From the human T2T-CHM13v2.0 reference genome, Homo sapiens, in NCBI RefSeq assembly GCF_009914755.1, contig NC_060948.1: 64,000 nucleotides of DNA, one strand, 5' to 3'. Both the position numbers and the translations under genes were made by a program. The notes under the pieces are model-generated. The model saw nothing but the letters and a program-made list of their open reading frames with translations. It searched no databases and was not told the DNA's origin. This document shows positions 23,801 to 39,431 of the stretch, piece by piece. How positions within the stretch are numbered: position 1 is the first letter of the stretch; each line of letters starts with the position of its first letter.

Positions 23801-26800
23801 GAAAGGAATGGAGTGGAATAGACTAGAGTGGAATGGAATGGCCTGGAAAGCAATGGACTGGAATGGAACTTTCTTGAATGGACTGGAATCAAACGGAATG
23901 GAATGCAATGCAATCAAATGGCATGGAATAAAATAGAATGAAAGAGAATCAAATGGAATTGAATCGAATGGAATCGAATGGATTGGAAAGGAATAGAATG
24001 GAATGGAATGGAATTGACTCAAATGGAATGGACTAGAATGGAATGGATTCGAATGGAAGGCAAAGGAATGGAATCTATTGGAATGGACAGTAATGGAATG
24101 GAATGGAAGGGATTGGAATGGACTCGAATGGAATGGACTGCAATAGAAAGGATTCGAATGGAATGAAAAAGAATTGAATGGAATAGAACAGAATGGAATC
24201 AAATCGAATGAAATGGAATGGAATAGAAAGGAATGGAATGAAATGGAATGGAAAGGATTCGAATGGAATGCAATCGAATGGAATGGAATCGAACGGAATG
24301 GAATAAAATGGAAGAAAACTGGCAAGAAATGGAATCGAAATGAATGGAGTGTTATGGAACGGACTCAAAAGGAATTGAATGTAATAGAATGGAGTGGAGT
24401 GGACTCGAATATAATGGACTGGAATGGAATGAAATCACATGGAATGGGAACGAATGGAATGGAATGGAAAGGAATGGAATCGAATGGAAAGGAATCGAAT
24501 GGAAGGGAATGAAATTGAATCAACAGGAATGGAAGGGAATAGAATAGACGGTAATGGAATGGACTCGAATAGAATGGACACGAATGCTCAAATTAAATGG
24601 ACTCGAATGGAATGGAAACGAAAAGAATGTCATCGAATGGAATTGAATCGATTGGAATGAAATCGCATAGAATGGAGTGGAATCAAATGGAATTGAATCG
24701 AAAGGAAAGGAAGCGAATGGACTGAAATGAAATGGAATGGAATTGAATGGAAAGTAATGCAATGGAATAGAATGGAACGAAATTTCACGGAATGGAATCA
24801 AACTGAATGGAATCAAATCAATGGAATCAAATCAAATGGAATGGAAAGGAATTGAATGGAGTAGATTGGATTGGATGGGATTGGAATGAAATGTACTGGA
24901 AAGGACTCGAATTTCATGAAACGGAATGGAATGAATTGGAACGGAATGGACTCGAATGGAATGGAATGTCATGGAATGGCATCAAATGGAATGGCATCAA
25001 ATGGAATGGAATCGAATGCAATGGAATGCTATGGAATGGAATGGAATGCATTGGAATGGAATGTCCTCTAATGGAATGGATTCGAGTGGAATGGAATCGA
25101 ATATAATGGAGTCGAATGAAATGGAATTGAAAGGAATGGGATCGAATACAATGGAATATACTGGAATGTAATGTAATGAACTCGAATGTAATTGACTGGA
25201 ATGGAATGTACATGAATGGAATGTAATCGAATGGAAAGTAATCCAATGGAATAGAATCTAATGCAATAAAATCGACTCAGATAGAGTAGAATGTAATGGA
25301 ATGGAGTGCAGTGCAATGGAATGGAATGGAATGGAATGCAATGGAATGGAATGGAATGGAATGGAATGGAATGGAATGGAATGGAATGGGATGGAATGGT
25401 ATGGAATGGATAGTAATGGACTGGAGTGAAATGGACTGGAAAGGAATGGACTCAAATTGAAAGGGCTCGAAAGGAATGGAGTCAAATGGAATGGTCTGGA
25501 ATGGAATGAACACGAATGTAATGCAATCCAATAGAATGGAATCGAATGGCATGGAATATAAAGAAATGGAATCGAAGAGAATGGAAACAAATGGAATGGA
25601 ATTGAATGGAATGGAATTGAATGGAATGGGAACGAATGGAGTGAAATTGTATGCAGTAGAAGGGAATAGAATGGAATGCAAGCGAAAGGAAAGGAATGGA
25701 TTGGAATGGAATGGAATTCATTGGAATGGAAGGGAATGTAGTGTAATGGACAGGCCTGGAATAAAGTGGAATGCTACGGTCTCGAATGGAATAAAAATGT
25801 ATGGAATGGAATGCAATGAAACGGAATCGAATGTCATAGAATGTAATGGAATGCAACAAAATGGAATCCAAAATCATTGACTGGAAAGGCTGGGTGTCGA
25901 AAGGAATTGACTCCAATGGAATGGAATCGAATGGAATGGAAGTGAATAGAATCGAACTAAATCGAATGGAATGGAATTGATAGGAACGGAATGGAAAGGA
26001 ATGCAATGATTTGGCATGGAATGGAATCGAATGGCATCGAATGGAATGGAATGGAATGCAATGGAATGGAATGTATTAGAATGGAATGAACTTTAATGGA
26101 ATGTACTCGAATGGATTCGACTGGAATGGAATGTTCTGAAAGTGAATGGACTCCAATGGAATGGATTCAAAAGGAATGGAATCGTACGGAATGGAATCTA
26201 ATGGAATGGAATTAAATGGAATTGAATCAAATTCAATAGCACGGAATTGAATTGAATGGAATGGAATGCAATGGAATCTAATGAAACGGAAAGGAAAGGA
26301 ATGGAATGGAATGGAATGGGCTGGAATGGAAAGGAATCGAAACGAATGGAATGGAATCGAACTGAAGAGACTGGAATGGAATGCACTGGAATGGAAGGGA
26401 GTGTAATGGAAGGTTCTCGAAAAAAATGGAATCGAATGGAATGGAATTGAATGGAACGGAATAGAGTCGAATGGAATTGAATGGAATGGAATGGACTAGA
26501 GTGAAATGGATTCGAACCACAAGGAATGGACAGGAATAGAATGGTCTCGAATTGAATGGAATCGTATGGAATGGCATCAAACGGAATGGAATGGACAGCC
26601 ACGGAATGGAATGCACTCGAATGCAATGGAGTCGAAACTAATGGACTGGAATAGAATGGACTCGACTGGTACGGACTCCAATGGAATGGAATCGAATGGA
26701 AGGGAATCGAACGGAATGGACTCGAAGGGAAAAGACTGCAATGGAAAGGTCTCGAATGGAATGGAAATTAATGGAATGGAATGGAATCGAATGAAATGGA

Positions 26801-29800
26801 GTCAAAAGGAATGGAATCGAATGGCAAGAAATCGAATGTAATGGAATCGCAAGGAATTGATGTGAACGGAACGGAATGGAATGGAATCCAAAGGAATGGA
26901 ATAGAATGGAATGGAATCGAATGGAAAGGACTCGAATGGAAATCACTCGAATAGAATGCAATTTAATAAAATAGGATCAAATGTAATGGAATGGAACGGA
27001 AAGGAATCGAAACGAAAGGAATGGAGACAGATGGAATGGAATGGAACAGAGAGCAATGGTATAGAATGGAATGGAATCATCTGGAATGGAATTGAATGGA
27101 ATGGAATAATATGAAATGGAATGGAATGGAATGGAATGGAATGCCCTTGAATTAAATGGACTGGAATGGAATGGACTCGAACAGAGTGGAATGGAAAGTG
27201 TTGAGATAGAATGGAATGGACTCCTTTGGAATGGTGTAGTATGCAATGCAATCGACTGGCAGGGAATCAAAAGGAATGTAATCGAATGGATTGGACTGGA
27301 ATGCAATGGACTCGAATAGATTGGAAACGGAATGCAAAGGAATGGAATGGAATAGTATGGAATGGAATGGAAAGGAATGGAGTGGAATAGACTAGAGTGG
27401 AATGGAATGGACTGGAAAGCAATGGACTGGAATGGAACTTTCTTGAATGGACTGGAATCAAACGGAATGGAATGCAATGCAATCAAATGGCATGGAATAA
27501 AATAGAATGAAAGAGAATCAAATGGAATTGAATCGAATGGAATCGAATGGATTGTAAAGGAATAGAATGGAATGGAATGGAATTGACTCAAATGGAATGG
27601 ATTAGAATGGAATGGATTCGAATGGAAGGCAAAGGAATGGAATCTATTGGAATGGACTGTAATGGAATGGAATGGAAGGGATTGGAATGGACTCGAATGG
27701 AATGGACTGCAATAGAAAGGATTCGAATGGAATGAAAAAGAATTGAATGGAATAGAACAGAATGGAATCAAATCGAATGAAATGGAATGGAATAGAAAGG
27801 AATGGAATGAAATGGAATGGAAAGGATTCGAATGGAATGCAATCGAATGGAATGGAATCGAACGGAATGGAATAAAATGGAAGAAAACTGGCAAGAAATG
27901 GAATCGAAATGAATGGAGTGTTATGGAACGGAGTCAAAAGGAATTGAATGTAATAGAATGGAGTGGAGTGGACTCGAATATAATGGACTGGAATGGAATG
28001 AAATCACATGGAATGGGAACGAATGGAATGGAATGGAAAGGAATGGAATCGAATGGAAAGGAATCGAATGGAAGGGAATGAAATTGAATCAACAGGAATG
28101 GAAGGGAATAGAATAGACTGTAATGGAATGGACTCGAATAGAATGGACACGAATGCTCAAATTGAATGGACTCGAATGGAATGGAAACGAAAGGAATGTC
28201 ATCGAATGGAATTGAATCGATTGGAATGAAATCGCATAGAATGGAGTGGAATCAAATGGAATTGAATCGAAAGGAAAGGAAGCGAATGGACTGAAATGAA
28301 ATGGAATGGAATTGAATGGAAAGTAATGCAATGGAATAGAATGGAACGAAATTTCACGGAATGGAATCAAACTGAATGGAATCAAATCAATGGAATCAAA
28401 TCAAATGGAATGGAAAGGAATTGAATGGAGTAGATTGGATTGGATGGGATTGGAATGAAATGTACTGGAAAGGACTCGAATTTCATGAAACGGAATGGAA
28501 TGAATTGGAACGGAATGGACTCGAATGGAATGGAATGTCATGGAATGGCATCAAATGGAATGGAATCAAATGGAATGGAATCGAATGCAATGGAATGCTA
28601 TGGAATGGAATGGAATGCATTGGAATGGAATGTCCTCTAATGGAATGGATTCGAGTGGAATGGAATCGAATATAATGGAGTCGAATGAAATGGAATTGAA
28701 AGGAATGGGATCGAATACAATGGAATATACTGGAATGTAATGTAATGAACTCGAATGTAATTGACTGGAATGGAATGTACATGAATGGAATGTAATCGAA
28801 TGGAAAGTAATCCAATGGAAGAGAATCTAATGCAATAAAATCGACTCAGATAGAGTAGAATGTAATGGAATGGAGTACAGTGCAATGGAATGGAATGGAA
28901 TGGAATGCAATTGAATGGAATGGAATGGAATGGAATGCAATGGAATGGGATGGAATGGTATGGAATGGATAGTAATGGACTGGAGTGAAATGGACTGGAA
29001 AGGAATGGACTCAAATTCAAAGGGCTCGAAAGGAATGGAGTCAAATGGAATGGTCTGGAATGGAATGAACACGAATGTAATGCAATCCAATAGAATGGAA
29101 TCGAATGGCATGGAATATAAAGAAATGGAATCGAAGAGAATGGAAACAAATGGAATGGAATTGAATGGAATGTAATTGAATGGAATGGGAATGAATGGAG
29201 TGAAATTGTATGCAGTAGAAGGGTATAGAATTGAATGCAAGCGAAAGGAAAGGAATGGATTGGAATGGAATGGAATTCATTGGAATGGAAGGGAATGTAG
29301 TGTAATGGACAGGCCTGGAATAAAGTGGAATGCTACGGTCTCGAATGGAATAAAAATGTATGGAATGGAATGCAATGAAACGGAATCGAATGTCATAGAA
29401 TGTAATGGAATGCAAAAAAATGGAATCCAAAATCATTGACTGGAAAGGCTGGGTGTCGAAAGGAATTGACTCCAATGGAATGGAATCGAATGGAATGGAA
29501 GTGAATAGAATCGAACTAAATCGAATGGAATGGAATTGATAGGAACGGAATGGAAAGGAATGCAATGATTTGGCATGGAATGCAATCGAATGGCATCGAA
29601 TGGAATGGAATGGAATGCAATGGAATGGAATGTATTAGAATGGAATGAACTTTAAAGGAATGTACTCGAATGGATTCGACTGGAATGGAATGTTCTGGAA
29701 GTGAATGGACTCCAATGGAATGGATTCAAAAGGAATGGAATCGTACGGAATGGAATCTAATGGAATGAAATTAAATGGAAATGAATCAAATTGAATAGCA

Positions 29801-32800
29801 CGGAATTGAATTGAATGGAATGGAATGCAATGGAATCTAATGAAACGGAAAGGAAAGGAATGGAATGGAATGGAATGGGCTGGAATGGAAAGGAATCGAA
29901 ACGAATGGAATGGAATCGAACTGAAGAGACTGGAATGGAATGCACTGGAATGGAAGGGAGTGTAATGGAAGGTTCTCGAAAAAAATGGAATCGAATGGAA
30001 TGGAATTGAATGGAACGGAATAGAGTCGAATGGAATGGAATGGAATGGAATGGACTAGAGTGAAATGGAATCGAACCACAAGGAATGGACAGGAATAGAA
30101 TGGTCTCGAATTGAATGGGATCGTATGGAATGGCATCAAACGGAATGGAATGGATAGCCACGGAATGGAATGCACTCGAATGCAATGGAGTCGAAACTAA
30201 TGGACTGGAATAGAATGGACTCGACTGGTACGGACTCCAATGGAATGGAATCGAATGGAAGGGAATCGAACGGAATGGACTCGAAGGGAAAAGACTGCAA
30301 TGGAAAGGTCTCGAATGGAATGGAAATTAATGGAATGGAATGGAATCGAATGAAATGGAGTCAAAAGGAATGGAATCGAATGGCAAGAAATCGAATGTAA
30401 TGGAATCGCAAGGAATTGATGTGAACGGAACGGAATGGAATGGAATCCAAAGGAATGGAATAGAATGGAATGGAATCGAATGGAAAGGACTCGAATGGAA
30501 ATCACTCGAATAGAATGCAATTTAATAAAATAGGATCAAATGTAATGGAATGGAATGGAAAGGAATCGAAACGAAAGGAATGGAGACAGATGGAATGGAA
30601 TGGAACAGAGAGCAATGGTATAGAATGGAATGGAATCATCTGGAATGGAATTGAATGGAATGGAATAATATGAAATGGAATGGAATGGAATGCCCTTGAA
30701 TTAAATGGACTGGACTCGAACAGAGTGGAATGGAAAGTGTTGAGATAGAATGGAATGGACTCCTTTGGAATGGTGTAGTATGCAATGCAATCGACTGGCA
30801 TGGAATCAAAAGGAATGTAATGGAATGGATTGGACTGGAATGCAATGGACTCGAATAGATTGGAAACGGAATGCAAAGGAATGGAATGGAATAGTACGGA
30901 ATGGAATGGAAGGGAATGGAGTGGAATAGACTAGAGTGGAATGCAATGGACTGGAAAGCAATGGACTGGAATGGAACTTTCTTGAATGGACTGGAACCAA
31001 ACGGAATGGAACGCATTGCAATCAAATGGCATGGAATAAAATAGAATGAAAGAGAATCAAATGGAATTGAATCGAATGGAATCGAATGGATTGGAAAGGA
31101 ATAGAATGGAATGGAATGGAATTGACTCAAATGGAATGGACTAGAATGGAATGGATTCGAATGGAAGGCAAAGGAATGGAATCTATTGGAATGGACTGTA
31201 ATGGAATGGAATGGAAGGGATTGGAATGGACTCGAATGGAATGGACTGCAATAGAAAGGATTCGAATGGAATGAAAAAGAATTGAATGGAATAGAACAGA
31301 ATGGAATCAAATCGAATGAAATGGAATGGAATAGAAAGGAATGGAATGAAATGGAATGGAAAGGATTCGAATGGAATGCAATCGAATGGAATGGAATCGA
31401 ACGGAATGGAATAAAATGGAAGAAAACAGGCAAGAAATGGAATCGAAAGGAATGGAGTGTTATGGAACGGACTCAAAAGGAATTGAATGTAATAGAATGG
31501 AGTGGAGTGGACTCGAATATAATGGACTGGAATGGAATGAAATCACATGGAATGGGAACGAATGGAATGGAATGGAAAGGAATGGAATCGAATGGAAAGG
31601 AATCGAATGGAAGGGAATGAAATTGAATCAACAGGAATGGAAGGGAATAGAATAGACGGTAATGGAATGGACTCGAATAGAATGGACACGAATGCTCAAA
31701 TTGAATGGACTCGAATGGAATGGAAACGAAAGGAATGTCATCGAATGGAATTGAATCGATTGGAATGAAATCGCATAGAATGGAGTGGAATCAAATGGAA
31801 TTGAATCGAAAGGAAAGGAAGCGAATGGACTGAAATGAAATGGAATGGAATTGAATGGAAAGTAATGCAATGGAATAGAAGGGAACGAAATTTCACGGAA
31901 TGGAATCAAACTGAATGGAATCAAATCAATGGAATCAAATCAAATGGAATGGAAAGGAATTGAATGGAGTAGATTGGATTGGATGGGATTGGAATGAAAT
32001 GTACTGGAAAGGACTCGAATTTCATGAAACGGAATGGAATGAATTGGAACGGAATGGACTCGAATGGAATGGAATGTCATGGAATGGCATCAAATGGAAT
32101 GGCATCAAATGGAATGGAATCGAATGCAATGGAATGCTATGGAATGGAATTGAATGCATTGGAATGGAATGTCCTCTAATGGAATGGATTCGAGTGGAAT
32201 GGAATCGAATATAATGGAGTCGAATGAAATGGAATTGAAAGGAATGGGATCGAATACAATGGAATATACTGGAATGTAATGTAATGAACACGAATGTAAC
32301 TGACTGGAATGGAATGTACATGAATGGAATGTAATCGAAAGGAAAGTAATCCAATGGAATAGAATCTAATGCAATAAAATCGACTCAGATAGAGTAGAAT
32401 GTAATGGAATGGAGTGCAGTGCAATGGAATGGAATGGAATGGAATGCAATGGAATGGAATGGAATGGAATGGAATGGAATGGAATGGAATGGAATGGGAT
32501 GGAATGGTATGGAATGGATAGTAATGGACTGGAGTGAAATGGACTGGAAAGGAATGGACTCAAATTGAAAGGGCTCGAAAGGAATGGAGTCAAATGGAAT
32601 GGTCTGGAATGGAATGAACACGAATGTAATGCAATCCAATAGAATGGAATCGAATGGCATGGAATATAAAGAAATGGAATCGAAGAGAATGGAAACAAAT
32701 GGAATGGAATTGAATGGAATGGGAACGAATGGAGTGAAATTGTATGCAGTAGAAGGGAATAGAATGGAATGCAAGCGAAAGGAAAGGAATGGATTGGAAT

Positions 32801-35000
32801 GGAATGGAATTCATTGGAATGGAAGGGAATGTAGTGTAATGGACAGGCCTGGAATAAAGTGGAATGCTACGGTCTCGAATGGAATAAAAATGTATGGAAT
32901 GGAATGCAATGAAACGGAATCGAATGTCATAGAATGTAATGGAATGCAAAAAAATGGAATCCAAAATCATTGACTGGAAAGGCTGGGTGTCGAAAGGAAT
33001 TGACTCCAATGGAATGGAATCGAATGGAGTGGAAGTGAATAGAATCGAACTAAATCGAATGGAATGGAATTGATAGGAACGGAATGGAAAGGAATGCAAT
33101 GATTTGGCACGGAATGGAATCGAATGGCATCGAATGGAATGGAATGGAATGCAATGGAATGGAACGTATTAGAATGTAATGAACTTTAATGGAATGTACT
33201 CGAATGGATTCGACTGGAATGGAATGTTCTGGAAGTGAATGGACTCCAATGGAATGGATTCAAAAGGAATGGAATCGTACGGAATGGAATCTAATGGAAT
33301 GGAATTAAATGGAAATGAATCAAATTGAATAGCATGGAATTGAATTGAATGGAATCGAATGCAATGGAATCTAATGAAACGGAAAGGAAAGGAATGGAAT
33401 GGAATGGAATGGGCTGGAATGGAAAGGAATCGAAACGAATGGAATGGAATCGAACTGAAGAGACTGGAATGGAATGCACTGGAATGGAAGGGAGTGTAAT
33501 GGAAGGTTCTCGAAAAAAATGGAATCGAATGGAATGGAATTGAATGGAACGGAATAGAGTCGAATGGAATTGAATGGAATGGAATGGACTAGAGTGAAAT
33601 GGAATCGAACCACAAGGAATGGACAGGAATAGAATGGTCTCGAATTGAATGGAATCGTATGGAATGGCATCAAACGGAATGGAATGGACAGCCACGGAAT
33701 GGAATGCACTCGAATGCAATGGAGTCGAAACTAATGGACTGGAATAGAATGGACTCGACTGGTACGGACTCCAATGGAATGGAATCGAATGGAAGGGAAT
33801 CGAACGGAATGGACTCGAAGGGAAAAGACTGCAATGGAAAGGTCTCGAATGGAATGGAAATAAATGGAATGGAATGGAATCGAATGAAATGGAGTCAAAA
33901 GGAATGGAATCGAATGGCAAGAAATCGAATGTAATGGAATCGCAAGGAATTGATGTGAACGGAACGGAATGGAATGGAATCCAAAGGAATGGAATAGAAT
34001 GGAATGGAATCGAATGGAAAGGACTCGAATGGAAATCACTCGAATAGAATGCAATTTAATAAAATAGGACCAAATGTAATGGAATGGAATGGAAAGGAAT
34101 CGAAACGAAAGGAATGGAGACAGATGGAATGGAATGGAACAGAGAGCAATGGTATAGAATGGAATGGAATCATCTGGAATGGAATTGAATGGAATGGAAT
34201 AATATGAAATGGAATGGAATGGAATGGAATGGAATGCCCTTGAATTAAATGGACTGGAATGGAATGGACTCGAACAGAGTGGAATGGAAAGTGTTGAGAT
34301 AGAATGGAATGGACTCGTTAGGAATGGTCTGGTAGGCAATGCAATCGACTGGCAGGGAATCAAAAGGAATGTAATCGAATGGATTGGACAGGAATGCAAT
34401 GGACTCGAATAGATTGCAAACGGAATGCAAAGGAATGGAATGGAATAGTATGGAATGGAATGGAAAGGAATGGAGTGGAATAGACTAGAGTGGAATGGAA
34501 TGGACTGGAAAGAAATGGACTGGAATGGAACTTTCTTGAATGGACTGGAATCAAACGGAATGGAATGCAATGCAATCAAATGGCATGGAATAAAATAGAA
34601 TGAAAGAGAATCAAATGGAATTGAATCGAATGGAATCGAATGGATTGGAAAGGAATAGAATGGAATGGAATGGAATGGACTAGAATGGAATGGATTCGAA
34701 TGGAAGGCAAAGGAATGGAATCTATTGGAATGGACTGTAATGGAATGGAATGGAAGGGATTGGAATGGACTCGAATGGAATGGACTGCAATAGAAAGGAT
34801 TCGAATGGAATGAAAAAGAATTGAATGGAATAGAACAGAATGGAATCAAATCGAATGAAATGGAATGGAATAGAAAGGAATGGAATGAAATGGAATGGAA
34901 AGGATTCGAATGGAATGCAATCGAATGGAATGGAATCGAACGGAATGGAATAAAATGGAAGAAAACTGGCAAGAAATGGAATCGAAATGAATGGAGTGTT
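19660..35000 (+). repeat. Higher-order duplicated block, upstream copy (boundaries approximate)
   Basis: Private variants recur downstream at offsets of 19772, 23331 and 26880 bp. The ORF track shows the same offsets: 20939/40711, 26506/49837, 33731/60611. Confidence 0.8.
20848..26414 (+). repeat. DYZ1: Fused DYZ1 dimer (5567 bp) with a 1545-bp deletion, copy 1
   Basis: The junction at ~23445-23475 (CGAAAGGAATGGAGACAAATGGAATGG) joins reference position 2613 to position 599 of the next monomer. One canonical EcoRI/HaeIII pair is missing. Confidence 0.9.
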
Positions 35001-38000
35001 ATGGAACGGACTCAAAAGGAATTGAATGTAATAGAATGGAGTGGAGTGGACTCGAATATAATGGACTGGAATGGAATGAAATCACATGGAATGGGAACGA
35101 ATGGAATGGAATGGAAAGGAATGGAATTGAATGGAAAGGAATCGAATGGAAGGGAATGAAATTGAATCAACAGGAATGGAAGGGAATAGAATAGACGGTA
35201 ATGGAATGGACTCGAATTGAATGGACACGAATGCTCAAATTGAATGGACTCGAATGGAATGGAAACGAAAGGAATGTCATCGAATGGAATTGAATCGATT
35301 GGAATGAAATCGCATAGAATGGAGTGGAATCAAATGGAATTGAATCGAAAGGAAAGGAAGCGAATGGACTGAAATGAAATGGAATGGAATTGAATGGAAA
35401 GTAATGCAATGGAATAGAATGGAACGAAATTTCACGGAATGGAATCAAACTGAATGGAATCAAATCAATGGAATCTAATCAAATGGAATGGAAAGGAATT
35501 GAATGGAGTAGATTGGATTGGATGGGATTGGAATGAAATGTACTGGAAAGGACTCGAATTTCATGAAACGGAATGGAATGAATTGGAACGGAATGGAATC
35601 GAATGGAATGGAATGTCATGGAATGGCATCAAATGGAATGGCATCAAATGAAATGGAATCGAATGCAATGGAATGCTATGGAATGGAATGGAATGCATTG
35701 GAATGGAATGTCCTCTAATGGAATGGATTCGAGTGGAATGGCATCGAATATAATGGAGTCGAATGAAATGGAATTGAAAAGAATGGGATCGAATACAATG
35801 GAATATACTGGAATGTAATGAAATGAACTCGAATGTAATTGACTGGAATGGAATGTACATGAATGGAATGTAATCGAATGGAAAGTAATCCAATGGAATA
35901 GAATCTAATGCAATAAAATCGACTCAAATAGAGTAGAATGTAATGGAATGGAGTGCAGTGCAATGGAATGGAATGGAATGGAATGCAATGGAATGGAATG
36001 GAATGGAATGGAATGGAATTTAATGGAATGGGATGGAATGGTATGGAATGGATAGTAATGGACTGGAGTGAAATGGACTGGAAAGGAATGGACTCAAATT
36101 GAAAGGGCTCGAAAGGAATGGAGTCAAATGGAATGGTCTGGAATGGAATGAACACGAATGTAATGCAATCCAATAGAATGGAATCGAATGGCATGGAATA
36201 TAAAGAAATGGAATCGAAGAGAATGGAAACAAATGGAATGGAATTGAATGGAATGGAATTGAATGGAATGGGAACGAATGGAGTGAAATTGTATGCAGTA
36301 GTAGGGAATAGAATGGAATGCAAGCGAAAGGAAAGGAATGGATTGGAATGGAATGGAATTCATTGGAATGGAAGGGAATGTAGTGTAATGGACAGGCCTG
36401 GAATAAAGTGGAATGCTACGGTCTCGAATGGAATAAAAATGTATGGAATGGAATGCAATGAAACGGAATCGAATGTCATAGAATGTAATGGAATGCAAAA
36501 AAATGGAATCCAAAATCATTGACTGGAAAGGCTGGGTGTCGAAAGGAATTGACTCCAATGGAATGGAATCGAATGGAATGGAAGTGAATAGAATCGAACT
36601 AAATCGAATGGAATGGAATTGATAGGAACGGAATGGAAAGGAATGCAATGATTTGGCATGGAATGGAATCGAAAGGCATCGAATGGAATGGAATGGAATG
36701 CAATGGAATGGAATGTATTAGAATGTAATGAACTTTAATGGAATGTACTCGAATGGATTCGACTGGAATGGAATGTTCTGGAAGTGAATGGACTCCAATG
36801 GAATGGATTCCAAAGGAATGGAATCGTACGGAATGGAATCTAATGGAATGGAATTAAATGGAAATGAATCAAATTGAATAGCACGGAATTGAATTGAATG
36901 GAATGGAATGCAATGGAATCTAATGAAACGGAAAGGAAAGGAATGGAATGGAATGGAATGGGCTGGAATGGAAAGGAATCGAAACGAATGGAATGGAATC
37001 GAACTGAAGAGACTGGAATGGAATGCACTGGAATGGAAGGGAGTGTAATGGAAGGTTCTCGAAAAAAATGGAATCGAATGGAATGGAATTGAATGGAACG
37101 GAATAGAGTCGAATGGAATTGAATGGAATGGAATGGACTAGAGTGAAATGGAATCGAACCACAAGGGATGGACAGGAATACAATGGTCTCGAATTGAATG
37201 GAATCGTATGGAATGGCATCAAACGGAATGGAATGGACAGCCACGGAATTGAATGCACTCGAATGCAATGGAGTCGAAACTAATGGACTGGAATAGAATG
37301 GACTCGACTGGTACGGACTCCAATGGAATGGAATCGAATGGAAGGGAATCGAACGGAATGGACTCGAAGGGAAAAGACTGCAATGGAAAGGTCTCGAATG
37401 GAATGGAAATTAATGGAATGGAATGGAATCGAATGAAATGGAGTCAAAAGGAATGGAATCGAATGGCAAGAAATCGAATGTAATGGAATCGCAAGGAATT
37501 GATGTGAACGGAACGGAATGGAATGGAATCCAAAGGAATGGAATAGAATGGAATGGAATCGAATGGAAAGGACTCGAATGGAAATCACTCGAATAGAATG
37601 CAATTTAATAAAATAGGATCAAATGTAATGGAATGGAATGGAAAGGAATCGAAACGAAAGGAATGGAGACAGATGGAATGGAATGGAACAGAGAGCAATG
37701 GTATAGAATGGAATGGAATCATCTGGAATGGAATTGAATGGAATGGAATAATATGAAATGGAATGGAATGGAATGGAATGGAATGCCCTTGAATTAAATG
37801 GACTGGAATGGAATGGACTCGAACAGAGTGGAATGGAAAGTGTTGAGATAGAATGGAATGGACTCCTTTGGAATGGTGTAGTATGCAATGCAATCGACTG
37901 GCAGGGAATCAAAAGGAATGAAATGGAATGGACTGGACTGGAATGCAATGGACTCGAATAGATTGGAAACGGAATGCAAAGGAATGGAATGGAATAGTAT

Positions 38001-39431
38001 GGAATGGAATGGAAAGGAATGGAGTGGAATAGACTAGAGTGGAATGGAATGGACTGGAAAGCAATGGACTGGAATGGAACTTTCTTGAATGGACTGGAAT
38101 CAAACGGAATGGAATGCAATGCAATCAAATGGCATGGAATAAAATTGAATGAAAGAGAATGAAATGGAATTGAATCGAATGGAATCGAATGGATTGGAAA
38201 GGAATAGAATGGAATGGAATGGAATGGACTCAAATGGAATGGACTAGAATGGAATGGATTCGAATGGAAGGCAAAGGAATGGAATCTATTGGAATGGACT
38301 GTAATGGAATGGAATGGAAGGGATTGGAATGGACTCGAATGGAATGGACTGCAATAGAAAGGATTCGAATGGAATGAAAAAGAATTGAATGGAATAGAAC
38401 AGAATGGAATCAAATCGAATGAAATGGAATGGAATAGAAAGGAATGGAATGAAATGAATGGAAAGGATTCGAATGGAATGCAATCGAATGGAATGGAATC
38501 GAACGGAATGGAATAAAATGGAAGAAAACTGGCAAGAAATGGAATCGAAATGAATGGAGTGTTATGGAACGGACTCAAAAGGAATTGAATGTAATAGAAT
38601 GGAGTGGAGTGGACTCGAATATAATGGACTGGAATGGAATGAAATCACATGGAATGGGAACGAATGGAATGGAATGGAAAGGAATGGAATCGAATGGAAA
38701 GGAATCGAATGGAAGGGAATGAAATTGAATCAACAGGAATGGAAGGGAATAGAATAGACGGTAATGGAATGGACTCGAATAGAATGGACACGAATGCTCA
38801 AATTGAATGGACTCGAATGGAATGGAAACGAAAGGAATGTCATCGAATGGAATTGAATCGATTGGAATGAAATCGCATAGAATGGAGTGGAATCAAATGG
38901 AATTGAATCGAAAGGAAAGGAAGCAAATGGACTGAAATGAAATGGAATGGAATTGAATGGAAAGTTATGTAATGGAATACAATGGAACGAAATTTCACGG
39001 AATGGAATCAAACTGAATGGAATCAAATCAATGGAATCAAATCAAATGGAATGGAAAGGAATTGAATGGAGTAGATTGGATGGGATGGGATTGGAATGAA
39101 ATGTACTGGAAAGGACTCGAATTTCATGAAACGGAATGGAATGAATTGGAACGGAATGGACTCGAATGGAATGGAATGTCAGGGAATGGCATCAAATGGA
39201 ATGGCATCAAATGGAATGGAATCGAATGCAATGGAATGCTATGGAATGGAATGGAATGCATTGGAATGGAATGTCCTCTAATGGAATGGATTCGAGTGGA
39301 ATGGAATCGAATATAATGGAGTCGAATGAAATGGAATTGAAAGGAATGGGATCGAATACAATGGAATATACTGGAATGTAATGTAATGAACTCGAATGTA
39401 ATTGACTGGAATGGAATGTACATGAATGGAA

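Noticed and set aside
33731-34972. Longest ORF, 413 aa on the - strand, repeated at 60611-61852
   Set aside because: It arises from a SNP (GGATCA to GGACCA) that removes a stop and joins two repeat ORFs. Its second copy reflects the block duplication, not coding conservation.
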